Shown here one piece after another: positions 37,006-48,675 of a stretch of 64,000 nucleotides of DNA; the first letter of the stretch is position 1, and the number at the start of each line of letters is the position of its first letter. The stretch is from assembly GCA_965649825.1 (NCBI GenBank), contig OZ287704.1, forward strand, positions 976,301-1,040,300, given 5' to 3'. The stretch is from Penicillus capitatus (lineage: Eukaryota; Plantae; Chlorophyta). The notes under the pieces were generated by a model, which saw nothing but the letters and a program-made list of their open reading frames with translations, did not search any database and was not told where the DNA came from. The translations under genes were made by a program, and so were the position numbers.

Positions 37006-38823
37006 GTGGGGAGTTTCAATAACTTAAGCGATTCAGGGTCTGGCCGCATCCTGGCAGGCGAGGCACACAGTGCTGGAGCGTGGGCATTGATGTCTATGGT
37101 CAACAGCGTGACAGTTGTCTCGCGATCAGAGCAGAACCTCGGCCATATGGAGATCTGCAACTTCAATCAACTCACACCCAAGGCACTGGATCTCGTCCGA
37201 GACATTGCATCTGGTTTCGAGAGCGGATTATCACCGGAACGTGGAGAAGAGGGATTCGGTGGCACGTATTTCGTTTCGAACAAACATCGACAAAAGGTTG
37301 CGATTTTTAAACCGTGCGATGAGGAGCCTTTGGCACCTTGCAACCCCAAAGGCTTTGTTGGTCGATCTTTGGGAGACCCGGGTCTGAAGCCGACGGTACG
37401 TGTTGGTGAAGCAGCTTTGAGAGAGGTGGCGGCTTACTTGTTGGATCGTCATCAGTTTGCCAAGGTGCCAACGACTCTGCTGATGCGTGCCAGTCATCCT
37501 GCTTTTAATTATGTACCTGGAGTAGATTCGTCTGGATCCTTGAACGTGTCGCTCTTCTCTGAAGGGGTGTCGTCACAGTTAGATGCTGCAAGACTGCCTA
37601 TGAAACTTGGCTCAGTTCAGGAATTTGTTACGCATCTCTGTGACACAACAGAGATGGGCACATCGAAGTTCACGACAGCCGATGTGCAACGTATCGCCAT
37701 TTTGGACATTCGTTTGTACAACACAGATCGCCACGCTGGCAACATTCTTGTACGAAAAGTCGATGCCAGTCACTCAGCAGAGCCCTTCAAAGAGACAGGC
37801 TTTGAGCTCATCCCGATCGACCATGGCTTTTGCCTTCCCGAAGCTTTGGAGCCTCCGTACTTTGAATGGCAACATTGGTCACAGGCACGATTGCCTCTGG
37901 GGCAGGAAGAGCTGGAATACATTGCCTCTATTGATATCGAAGCCGAGAAGGCGATGTTACGTAAAGAGTTGCCAGTGTTGCGCGAAGAGTCTCTCAGAAC
38001 GATGGAAGTGTCTACTACTCTTCTGAAGAAATGTGCAGCCGCTGGGCTGTCTCTTCATGAAATTGCTGAAATCATGACACGTCCATTGGTCGGAATGGAC
38101 GAAGAGAAATCCGACCTCGAAAAAATCTGTCTCGAAACGAAGGAAGAAGTCATGTCGGCTGCCGTGACTGGATTAGAAATAAGTTGGATATCATCATCAT
38201 CTGACTGCGAGTCCGATGAGTTAGAAAGCAACGAAACGACAACAGCCACTCCAACACGCATAGATGAACTGCTGTTTTGCATAGATGATTTGAAAGAGCT
38301 GGAATCGTCTATCATGATGAATGCCACCGGATCGAACGGACTGTCTACCGATGCAGCAACGGAAACAGTCGTGGCAATGGTTGAGCAGGGACTCGTCGAG
38401 GAGTGCTTACTGGAACAACTGTCCTTGGAGTGTGAGGGGCACCCAATTGCTGAGCCAATTGTGATCAACGTGGGATTAAGGAAAGGCCAAAGATCAATGT
38501 CAATGGCTCTCCCCTCTTCCACTGTCTGTTGCCGACTGCCTAAACGTGGTTATGGTCAACACACCCGACCTGAACATCGTCCTTCTTCTGGGAGTCCCAA
38601 GCAAGGAGAGACAAAAGTTACCTATCCACCTCTCGTTCACGGATCAGCTCCTGGAAGTTCTGATGACGTCTTTCGCTACATGAGCTCAGATCAGTGGAAG
38701 TGCTTCATGGAGGTGCTGTGTGATAAAATTGACGATGGAATAAAGCAGGGAAAATGGGTTTCACATGACATCAAGACCCGTTCCATGTCTATGAATTTGG
38801 GCATTTCCTGTCCCCGTTTCTGA
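37006..38823 (+). CDS. PI4KG: Type II phosphatidylinositol 4-kinase gamma (PI4K-gamma), no N-terminal UBL domain; true start may be ATG 37090
   Basis: GFGGTYF, IFKPCDEEP, EAALREVAAYLLD, KLGSVQEFV, LDIRLYNTDRHAGNIL and PIDHGFCLPE in one 605-aa ORF. Confidence 0.93.
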   Translation: MGSFNNLSDSGSGRILAGEAHSAGAWALMSMVNSVTVVSRSEQNLGHMEICNFNQLTPKALDLVRDIASGFESGLSPERGEEGFGGTYFVSNKHRQKVAIFKPCDEEPLAPCNPKGFVGRSLGDPGLKPTVRVGEAALREVAAYLLDRHQFAKVPTTLLMRASHPAFNYVPGVDSSGSLNVSLFSEGVSSQLDAARLPMKLGSVQEFVTHLCDTTEMGTSKFTTADVQRIAILDIRLYNTDRHAGNILVRKVDASHSAEPFKETGFELIPIDHGFCLPEALEPPYFEWQHWSQARLPLGQEELEYIASIDIEAEKAMLRKELPVLREESLRTMEVSTTLLKKCAAAGLSLHEIAEIMTRPLVGMDEEKSDLEKICLETKEEVMSAAVTGLEISWISSSSDCESDELESNETTTATPTRIDELLFCIDDLKELESSIMMNATGSNGLSTDAATETVVAMVEQGLVEECLLEQLSLECEGHPIAEPIVINVGLRKGQRSMSMALPSSTVCCRLPKRGYGQHTRPEHRPSSGSPKQGETKVTYPPLVHGSAPGSSDDVFRYMSSDQWKCFMEVLCDKIDDGIKQGKWVSHDIKTRSMSMNLGISCPRF

Positions 38824-39299
38824 CCTTTGGCGCTATAAAATGCCCCACCAACATCCCCTATCTCCTTATTGTTCATTTCAAGGGCATGACCATTTGGCCT
38901 TCATGTCCATAATCTCGGCCAGGTTGTGTGTTTGGTCTGTCTGTATGTGGGTAGCTGTCTGAGCAAGGCGTCGTCTGAAATCAATGAATTTCCGAAGGTG
39001 TATGTGTCCATGGAATGGAGAGCATTATGGTGCTGGGTCGTTCCCTGAAGAAATCCATTCGGAGGTGGTCGTTCATGGGAGCTGTTTAGGTCTTTTCTTC
39101 CGTACTAAAATCTGCGTTTCTCAGAACTGAACGTTCACGTGTCCGGTCAGTCCTTTGTCCTTTCGTTGATGGACTGCCACCAATTTTGTGTTGATTCGAA
39201 GAATCCAGCAAGTATTTTCGTTGAAGCTGGTGCAGCTATAGATGCGCCGCTGCAGTTACTACCGCCCCACATGACGTTTGCTCAAACCTCAAAAAAAGC

Positions 39300-40312
39300 G
39301 TGCCAAGTCTTGTCCCTGTACGTCCGATTCATTTGTGTGTGCATATTCGGCGAATGCTGCTGCAATTGAAGCTTTTAACGTCACCAAGAAACACGACGAT
39401 ACGAGTGACCTGAACTTCCGTTTGTGTAATGTTAATACGCCCCCTTTTAATCATACGCATCACGCCTTGATCTTCAATCGACGACGACGCACGGCACGTG
39501 ACGATTCGCTTTCCCCCCATCACGCCTCATGGCGATCGGAGAAGAAAAGATCACTGTGGACGACAATCATGCCAATGCCGCGAGCGGCATCTCATTGGGC
39601 AAACGCATCGGACTCCGATAGGCGCACAACCATCCCCCTTGAGAAGGAGGTCACGAATCGCTATGCGACACGTGAAATGTCGCACGAATGAACTCGGCGA
39701 TGGCTTTGCAGGCGATCGCTTTCGAAGAAATCGTCACAATGGATTTCCCTTCGAGGGTATTCCAACCGTTTGCCTCGTAAAGACGTCGATCACATGGTCG
39801 ACCATTTCGCCATACCTCTCTCGGTGGGAACAGAGAACGATGCACCATAGGCGTTCCTCTGCTCTGGATGTCGTTACCAAGTGACGGCCTATCTCGAATG
39901 CGATGTCAAGAGAGTCACGCATTCTATGTGCCATATGACATAGCGTCAGGAACAATCGAATGTGTTTAGGTCAAACGGGCTCTGTGGAATGGTGGAATGG
40001 TTCGTTCAAATAAACCGGAGTCGAGTCGGCACACGACGGGATTGCAAAAATAAGAGGACCTTGTAAAAAACCGCGGATGTCCTGTCGAATGAGCGTCCCG
40101 CTTCAGACCTTGATCTACGCGGGTCAGCGCATGGAAAACGATCAAACCCTAGCCCAGGTACCACGTTTCTCTGGTTCTGGGAATTTCGCGGGAAGAAACG
40201 AGGCAAAGATAGATCCGTTTTTAGGGCTGCAAATGCATGATCGCGGCAGAAACTGCTAAGCTGGATTCCAGGAAGCCTGACAAGGATTCCGCGTATTGGA
40301 AGTGACGCGCTT
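39300..40312 (+). CDS. Small multi-exon gene with a ubiquitin-like C-terminal segment (structure unresolved)
   Basis: VPLQTLIYAGQRMENDQTLAQ at about 40095-40157 resembles ubiquitin/NEDD8 QRLIFAGKQLEDGRTLSD and is followed by a GT donor. Confidence 0.35.
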
Positions 40313-40787
40313 CTTTCGGAGTTCCAAGACGTGGGACAACGCGGCACGAAGACCCATATTTCTATTACTAGTTTGTTTGTTCGTCTGTGAACTCTTTGAG
40401 AATACAGAACTTTTGAAGAAGCAATTCGTACGTTTTGAGAGGACGTGGCGTGCCGCGACGCGTACTGACATGAAGTTAACCGACATTCGTGGCTTTATTT
40501 CATGCAGATCTTCATACCGGTAATCGAGACACATAACGTCCATTTGGTCGTCTTTGCTATTTAAACTCAGTTCCGTTCTGCAAGACAACGCGCTTCTTGT
40601 CCGCTGTCTAAGTTGACCCTTTCTAGAGTGTGAGGAACGGAATTCTCTTCCGCAAGTGTTTCTGAATAAAACCGAATCTTCCAGACTTTGCTCAAAGCTC
40701 CTTTGTCTTCACTGACGCAGTACGCTTGCTTGTCTGGTTGTTTGTTCGTTGCAGGAGCGTCGGTGTTCTATGTAGACGTTTGATAGA

Positions 40788-41756
40788 ATGGCACCTGAAG
40801 CTGCTGCAGAGGGATACTATATGACACCGTGCTGCGGTGAGGCAGATATGTCTGGATATTCCAGAACGTCTTCGCCGGATCCAAACGTGTTCTACGACGG
40901 TCACGAAGATAAGCGCGCATACACCGACGGTCGCTGCGCAGGCTCGCAGTATCATTCATGGCCGACACCGGCAGGCTTTACAGCTTATCCGTCAAACGAC
41001 GCAAAGACATACGCACCGTCGCCTTACAGTATGCCGCCACATGGAGTTCCACCAATGCCAGTGCACATGCCATCTGTCCCCTACGGACACGGCGCCGCCG
41101 GACAAATGGTAGCACCACAACCGCCAATGTTTGGCGTGCAAGCTCCACGGACTCCAACACGCACTCGTGCAGACATTACTGATACGTCCTCATCAAATTG
41201 CACTCCGAGAGACCACTATTCGACGGCTATGGATCGACCATCTCCCGTGAAGAGACATGCCCGCAAGCATGATGCTGGACCTCGATTCCCAGTCGTCAAA
41301 ATTCCGGAGGGATTGAAGAAGCAAGGAGGACAACCATCACCAGCGACGTGGCTGAACATGAGAGGCTTCCCACTCAGAGCTGGCAAGCCTGACTGCAAGC
41401 ATTACACTACAAAGGGATGGTGCGCATATGGAACACTCTGCAAATTCAACCACCCGGATAACATGCCAGCGGCAACGATGCCCTATGGGATGGTGCCCTG
41501 CGTTCCTGGATCCCAACCGATGGTAATGAATGGACCCTGGATGGGACTTCACTACCAGTGGAACGGACCATGGAACCAGCATCATCATCAGTCATCGCCT
41601 GCCGTCCCGCATGCCTATCCCCCATACATGTGCCATCCCTGCCATTCCGGCCCTTGCAGTACAGAGTCTGGACATACTGCGATTTCGCATTCGGATGGAA
41701 GAGAGCATGAAAAGGTCACAGTCGACACGGAAACCAGTGCCATGATGTATCATTGA
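40788..41756 (+). CDS. CCCH-type zinc-finger protein (single C-x8-C-x5-C-x3-H finger) in a Pro/Met/Tyr-rich low-complexity context
   Basis: FPLRAGKPDCKHYTTKGWCAYGTLCKFNHP, the plant C3H RNA-binding finger type. Confidence 0.85.
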   Translation: MAPEAAAEGYYMTPCCGEADMSGYSRTSSPDPNVFYDGHEDKRAYTDGRCAGSQYHSWPTPAGFTAYPSNDAKTYAPSPYSMPPHGVPPMPVHMPSVPYGHGAAGQMVAPQPPMFGVQAPRTPTRTRADITDTSSSNCTPRDHYSTAMDRPSPVKRHARKHDAGPRFPVVKIPEGLKKQGGQPSPATWLNMRGFPLRAGKPDCKHYTTKGWCAYGTLCKFNHPDNMPAATMPYGMVPCVPGSQPMVMNGPWMGLHYQWNGPWNQHHHQSSPAVPHAYPPYMCHPCHSGPCSTESGHTAISHSDGREHEKVTVDTETSAMMYH

Positions 41757-42753
41757 AGGCGCGTCCGTCCAAACCAATCAAGTCTTTTTGAAAATTCATA
41801 GCTTTGATGCTTAAGGATTGTGTAACCCCGGAATAAAGGTAGCTGCTCCATGTGCAGCCATACACCGTTTCTCACATGGTGTGCTCTAAGTTTCTTCCCA
41901 TATGCCTAGAGCATTGGGATGGTCTCACTGACTTCTTGAGAAAAATACCATTTCGTTGCGCCTCATGTGTGTTTATTTTCTTCGGTCTCAGATCTACTGA
42001 ACAAACAAACCATAGTGCGCTGTCCTAAGCGATGCAGGTATCGGTTGTGTTTATACCTTTCGAGTCCGCATGTGTTGTGCGGTCCCATATACATCATTGT
42101 ATCATTGCTGCGTTGCAAGGATGGCCAAATGAATAAAGGGACACCTCTCTGTCCCACCTCTCAACAAACCATGTTTCATGCTCCTTTAAGTTGTCTCCAT
42201 CTCGTTTAATTCCCGCGGATGGTGGCTCTACATGCTTTGGACGAAGTGAAGCAATCAAGCAGGCGTCATTTCATTCTGGACCCACAAAATAGGAAGAGCG
42301 GAGTTTGGTTTATCCACTCAAGAATCTTTGGGAAGGAATTGATATGGAGTCGTACTTCAAGATCACGATTTAACAGTTTGCATAAAAAACGTTTCTCTTT
42401 GAGTGGGTACTGCTGAGATTCGAATAAATGGATGATGACTTCATCTGTCTCAGTATGTAAAAACGCACCATTCCTAACGGGCAATAACGCGTGGCTGACA
42501 TTCCACCTTACATGTGTTTAACAACACGGCATTGAAGGAACATGCTTTGAGTTTGTTTATCCGTTTGTTCTGTTTGCTTAAAAGCATGTACGTATGTGTG
42601 CATGCCTGCCTGCCTGCGGAGGCATGTACATGCAAACAAACATACATCAATAAACTATGCCATTCCCCCGAGCAACTCATCATCGATAACAACAACAACG
42701 ATATCGAAGATCGCTCGTTTGACCCTCGCTCTTCCAGCCAACGAAACGGTTCG

Positions 42754-45706
42754 TTAGACTAATGGATCATGCGACACGGGACGTTCCCGCAGACCGACAA
42801 TGTTGTTTGTTGCAACTGGTTCCACATCCTCCCCATGATCCACACCTTCGCCTCTCTTCTCTATTGCCTGGGGATGAATCGCATCTTCAAAGCTATACAT
42901 CTGAATCTGATCATCCACTGTCTGCCCAGCATTCCCTGCATCAAAGGATTGGGTACTGTAGTCAAATCGTGGCAAGTTTGGCGAAGAAGCAGATCTCCGT
43001 GTATCTATTGCAGGTTCGGTTGGCTGAATCGCCAGTGTGGTTCGTCCCAACGATGGATAGTCAATGCGATTGACGGGGTCCTGTTCGTCATCTGTATCCG
43101 GAATGTCTTGCTCCAGCTGCTGGGGCTTATAGACCACATTTACGCTGTCTAGGTTTCGCTCGGCAGATGTCGATGACAAGAAATACTTCTCTAGGTTTAT
43201 TCCCAGGAACAATTCAATCTGCGCCTGACGATCATTATCTTTGATGATGTTGTTGTATCGTCGCGTGATGGCAATGAAAGAATTCGACGCCCCACTAACG
43301 GTATTCTTCTTGAGCTGGCTGGACTGAGGCTCAAAGATCGTGATCTTGTCAGAATGCATGGCTTGCGATCCGGTGTAGAAGAAAGCATTGCGATCTCCGT
43401 TTTGCAGGAAGACATCGGCAATGCTCGAGAGCGCTTCTGGTAAAACCTTTCTGCGAATCTCATCCACTGTTGCTTCTAACATCGACCAGGCTTCTTTCGA
43501 CAGGATCTCTTCTTTGCAGACGACCCTGAAGGACTTCTTGCTTTCCAAAGAAGTTCTACCGCCTTCAACAGAAGGCTCCGTATCGTCCGGCGGCGGAGAC
43601 CATGTCGTTCTCTTATTCACATGATCGATGTAGTACGTGCATCCCGACACCTCGTCGATCCGAGCTTCCCAGCCAACAGGAAGCGCCTGGCGAAACTGCA
43701 CCTTTGGACGTCGGTGTGAGCGACCAGTCGGTGCGGGCCACGACGGCTTGACATTTTGGCTGGGACTCTGAGACGTGGCAGATCCGGGAAGCAATCCACC
43801 AAACAATCGTTCCCTCAATGTGGGCTTTGCCCGGGGAGGATCTTCCGCTATCTCATCATCCCTTGTCAACACTGCCAACTCGAGTCGGCGACATTGTTCC
43901 ACAAAGACCTGTACCACAGTACTGAAAACGGCGCCGTGGCAAAAGAAACGGACGCACTTGAACGCTAATAAAAAAACTTGCAATGTTGGTTCGATCCAAG
44001 GAATCTGCACAGTTGTACCGCGTGAGCCCTTGTTGCTGTGCACACCAGTGCATTGTGTGCTCTCCAAGCCACTTGGTCTTGGGTGCATCATCCTCTAGAA
44101 TGGCACACAGTTGTCGTAGACATCGCCGACAGGGACATTACTGGAAGGTTGCTTGGAGTAATATCCAGAAGCGAGGCCATGAGCTTGTAGCATTCCTCTC
44201 ATTGTTGTCCACAGGGCTTCAATCAGTCCATGCGTTCCTAGTTGCTTGTCCATTTCATGCCAGTCCAGAGCATAGTAATCGGCCTTCAGCTGGTGCATCT
44301 TTCTTATACTGGAAAGCGCCGTGTCAAAAGCAGCAGCAAGATTAGTTTCTGATCTATTTTTATCAGGGAGTCCTTTTCGCAAGAGACTCACGAAAACGAT
44401 CGGAAATCTGTCAGAAGTCTTCTCCTTTTCGGTCGTTTCCTTCAATTTCTCTTCGATTTCGGGCTTCGGCGAAAAACGCTTCTGCAGTCTTCGAATGTAT
44501 CTGTGAGATGGATTCGTGTATGACCACATCATCATCGAACAGAAAGAGATGCTCACCTCTTACAACCTGCAAACGTTTTTTGCTTTCTTATCACGATTTC
44601 TGCTTCGCCCAATCCGCTGTTCTTGAGATAGACTCCCCAACGGATCGGCACTGTTCCTCGTCTCCACGAGTATCGATTCCACAGTGCCTTTCCGGTATGT
44701 TTGTCTTCTGGTCTCCAGACAATCTGTTCGCATTCGATTTCGTTTCCTGGTTCGCAGAGATCGTTCAATCCACGGGCAATGTAACGGGTTCCGGGGTTCA
44801 GCCGCGATCGACGTGAGAGCAGAACCAAATTGAACGGATCGCCCATTCCATCCTCGAGCTCCCTCGATTCTGCTGTGCCTTGCATCAGAGGGGGACAGCA
44901 ATCATCCAGACAGACAGAACGAAAAGACTCTGTAAGCCATGCATTCCACGTAAACTGCCAAGAGGGTTCTGTGGTCGCATGCTGCGAAGGGAAGGGCCTT
45001 GTCACATCAGCATCTGCACAGTACCAATGCGCTCCGTTGACAGAGAATTCCACAATCTTATTGATATGACCCTCCAACATCTCAAAGTTCACGGTAGCTT
45101 CGTTCTGAACATCATTCGGCAGATCTGCCTAAAGAAAACAGTTCAAGCCCAATTGAGGATAGAGATGAGGATCGCACCTGACAAGGAATTCTGTGCCAAC
45201 GTGCAGCTGTCACTGTCTTGATGCGAACATCTCCAGGGAGAAGAGCCGAGACGCGAGCACGCTCGACCAACAGTAGCAGTCCTGTATTTCCTATCACTGT
45301 GTAACCCAACACAGCTTCACCCTTTCCTTCGACCTACATAACGATGCCTCCCTTCAGGCAGACGAGCAGAAGTGATAACAGACGCACTTGTGCTTGCCCC
45401 TGTCCTTTCAGATACTCTAAAGCCTCATCCTGTCGGTCAGCCTGTGAGCAGGAATGGACGCTGTTGACTTTAATGGCCAACCTTGTTTGGAAAGATGTCA
45501 AGTCCGGGTGTTTGAGTATATTGCAACGCCCCTGAGAGCGAGTCAAAACGCACGAGCACGACGTCCTTTCTAGAATCCACCATGTACCGTCTACTGTTGA
45601 ACACGCCAAGGGCTGACCTCTTGGTACGCGAGATGAGCAGAAAATGTTGCTGTGTTGCTTCGAGGCGGTAGAGCACAACAGCGTCATTCTGCGCCGTGGC
45701 ACTCAT
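42754..45706 (-). CDS. SAC9: SAC-domain phosphoinositide phosphatase with WW domain (SAC9 type)
   Basis: SRRSRLNPGTRYIARGLN, EIECEQIVW, RRGTVPIRWG, the SAC9-type catalytic RYNCADSLDRTN, and WW LPVGWEARIDEVSGCTYYIDHVNKRTTWSPP. Confidence 0.92.
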
Positions 45707-45799
45707 TGGACAGGACAGTGATGTCTTCTTGAAACACAGTAGAGAGAAGTAACGTGGAAACGCGCGTCACTTTAATGACGGATACGTTCTGCCCGCGCC

Positions 45800-47358
45800 A
45801 TGCTGCGTTGCTACGCGTGGCGCCAGCTATTGCACGGCAGAGGTGTACAGTATTGTCCGCGTGTCTGTACTAAGCGGACGCAAAGTACAAGACACAGAGG
45901 AAGACGGTGGAGAGACGCAGCTGATCTCGTTGGTGACATGGTAGTGAACGACAAGGTCGAAGTAAAAGTACAACCCATCTGTAAAAGTGCCTCTTTAGCA
46001 ACCCGATCTCTGTGTTAGGTAGCAGCTAAGGCTTCTGCCAGAGCTTCGGTCGTTGAAGATGTTCGAGATATTTTGGTAGAATTGGGCATTGGAGAACGCG
46101 ATGCCATCAAACGCATGGAGCAAGCAATGGACTATTGGCAGGCGAGGTGTCCAGAGAGAACAGCTCCTGCACTCTGTCCAGATCACGTCAGCTCGATTTT
46201 GACGTTTCTGGCCGATGCAGGCATCCCTGTTAGGTTCTGTCTTCTCGTAAAGAAGGCCTGCAGAGTACATTGTACAGGTTCCTTTCGACGATCATTCAGC
46301 GCTGCCCTGCATTGCTCATGGCCTCCATCAATGATGATCTTATTCCAATATTTGCTCTCTTCGATGAACTGCATATCCGTGGTGGGAAAGAACCAATGGA
46401 GTTGTGGTCTTGCTGATGATTGAGTCGTTGTTTCAGGGACATCCAGGACAAACATGTGCGTATCCGAGCCTACATTGCTGCTTGAGGGTCAGAAGGATGT
46501 CATACGACATGTTGTCATGAGTCTGCATCGATTGGGTATCCATAAGAGTCGAGTGCATCGGCTCATTGGCAAGTGTCCTCTGCTCCTGATGGAATCGATC
46601 GAATCCTTCAACGAAGCGCTGATTCGTCTCTCTTGCCTCTTTGCGTCGGAAGAGGACTTGATTCTCTATATCGACAGCTGCCCGCATCTCATCCTCGAAT
46701 CTGAACAGCGTTTTAATGTAAAGACGGTCCCTGTCACATCACATCATTATAGAAAAACGCTATGCATCTGTAGGAAGTGCATCGAGCGCTGAAGATGGTT
46801 CAGATGACGCAGGAAGAGGTGCTGCAGTGTGTGCAAAAAGAGCCTAGACTGCTCATTAAAGATCCAAAGAGATTTGAACGTATCTGCGAGTGGTTTATGA
46901 AATCGGGGCTGACGATTTTGGAGACCAAGTCCTTGCTCCAATACTGCCCTCAGTTTCTCATACGCAGGTGGGTACACGTTAGAACACATGTTATCGTCGT
47001 TTCATGACATCCATTCTGCTTTGATAGGTTGTCGATGCTCAAAGCGAAGAAGAAATTTCTCACCGTCGTGGCCAAGAGACCTTTTCGCGACATCCTATCC
47101 TATCCACACTACTTCCACTTTCCAATCGACCTCACGATCGGCCCCCGTTTCACTTTCCTCAAAGAACGGGCCAATGCAGCTCTGCATGAAGCCCCTCTTG
47201 ATTCTCTGATGCGAGCGTCCGATTCCGAATTCGCCAGAGAGATAGCAGAGGTCATCGAAGAAGAGTATGTCGTTTATCAGACTCAGTGGACACGCATGTA
47301 TGGTCACAAATTCGATTTTCGAGGTCGTCCGAGGCAACAGCAGAACACCGTTTCTTAA
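45800..47358 (+). CDS. mTERF family protein (organelle-targeted)
   Basis: Repeats of LxxLGI...IGKCPLLL, CPHLIL, EPRLL and CPQFL, with C-terminal YPHYFHFPIDLTIGPRFTFL...LMRASDSEF. Confidence 0.85.
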
Positions 47359-47532
47359 CATTTCAGAATGTTTTCAGTTACAGTCCATATCGTTTATTCC
47401 AGATGCTCAGAGTGACCCAAAACTGTTTCGTACTGCGATCGTAGGGATATATCATACAAACACACGGATAGCCGTCGGCATCGTCAAGAAAGGAGCACGT
47501 CGTCTGTCAGCCACCCATGCTTCGGGACATCT

Positions 47533-47856
47533 CTAAGCTCGCGCCGCTGTCTCTTCTTGAATATCATCTTTGTAGCTGCACGAACGCACGCGCGATGTCA
47601 GCGGGTACAGACGACAGACAGGGTTCGACGCTTACCTCCCCCAGACCGTCTTGCCGCCTGAGCCTCCCTTCTTGGGCGTCTCTTTGCGACTGCGTCCAGT
47701 ATCTGTCGCGTCGTTCGTCGGTGTTCGACGATGAGAGGAATAATGAAACGTACTGGAGCGTCGTTGAAGTTGTCCACTTTTCGCCTTGACCTGGCGCTCG
47801 TGACTCGCACTCTTCTGACCCACGCGGACATCATGCTGTTCAGAACCTGCAACCAT
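47533..47856 (-). CDS. Small basic protein with a PKKGGxGGKxxWG motif (PDCD4 N-terminus-like), no MA3 domains
   Basis: Reads ...GRSRKETPKKGGSGGKTVWG|SYKDDIQEETAARA* via a GTAAGC...TGCAG intron (about 47577-47636). Confidence 0.6.
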
Positions 47857-48675
47857 CGTTGCCAACGTCGTAGACACAAAGTCGATGTTAGGAAATAGGA
47901 TGTTGCGGAGGTGAACAGACGCCGTTTATATACCCGGTGGATGACGTGACGGGCGATGACGTAAAATGGACGAGACACGAGTGGAGGACACGGACCTGGT
48001 CCCAAACCCGAAACTGGCCGATGCCGGGGTTGTCCATGCGGACCACATTCGCAAGAGAAAGAGACGAAACAGTGGGCTGACGATTTCGTTTGACCCCTGT
48101 CAACTTAGGCAGAGAATTGATCGCCCATAAAGAATGCAGATCCAAAAACCTTGTATGTAGGAAATACGTCACAGGATTCCGAAAAAGAAAACAAGAACGA
48201 AAAGAACGTGTCAAAAAGTAAAACTCCTGACCTACGTGTCAACGGTGTACACGAAAGAGAACGGATGGATGTACAGGAAAGTGGCAGAGCTCGAGAAGAA
48301 AGCCAAACGCATCAAGCGAAAAGAGGTGCTGTCACTATCAGCCGTGTCCCTGTTGTTTTATGCGTTTCTCGCATAAGAGAGAGCAGAAACTAAAAGTGTC
48401 CTGCGGACTGGGAAAACATGACAGGTGGTCGACATCTTCCGATTCCGGTCTGATCTCGTGTTCCCCACCAGCAGATGAGGTTCTGTGTCGCAGAGATCGA
48501 GGACAAAGGGGTTCAGAAAACGGAAATCTACACGACAGCATCTTACAAAACTGTTGTCCATGTTCAGCCGATGTCGTTGGATGCTGCTGTTCATGAGTTC
48601 GATCGAATCCATATCGTTTGCGTAAGTGACGAGTGCACGGTGTTCGTAGTGTGAGCCACAAGGGAGAATGATATC

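Noticed and set aside
37006-40312. UBL-less PI4K-gamma and the downstream UBL gene as one split gene
   Set aside because: The order is wrong (UBL is N-terminal in plant PI4K-gamma), the kinase ends with a normal C-terminus and stop, and UBL-less PI4K-gamma forms exist.
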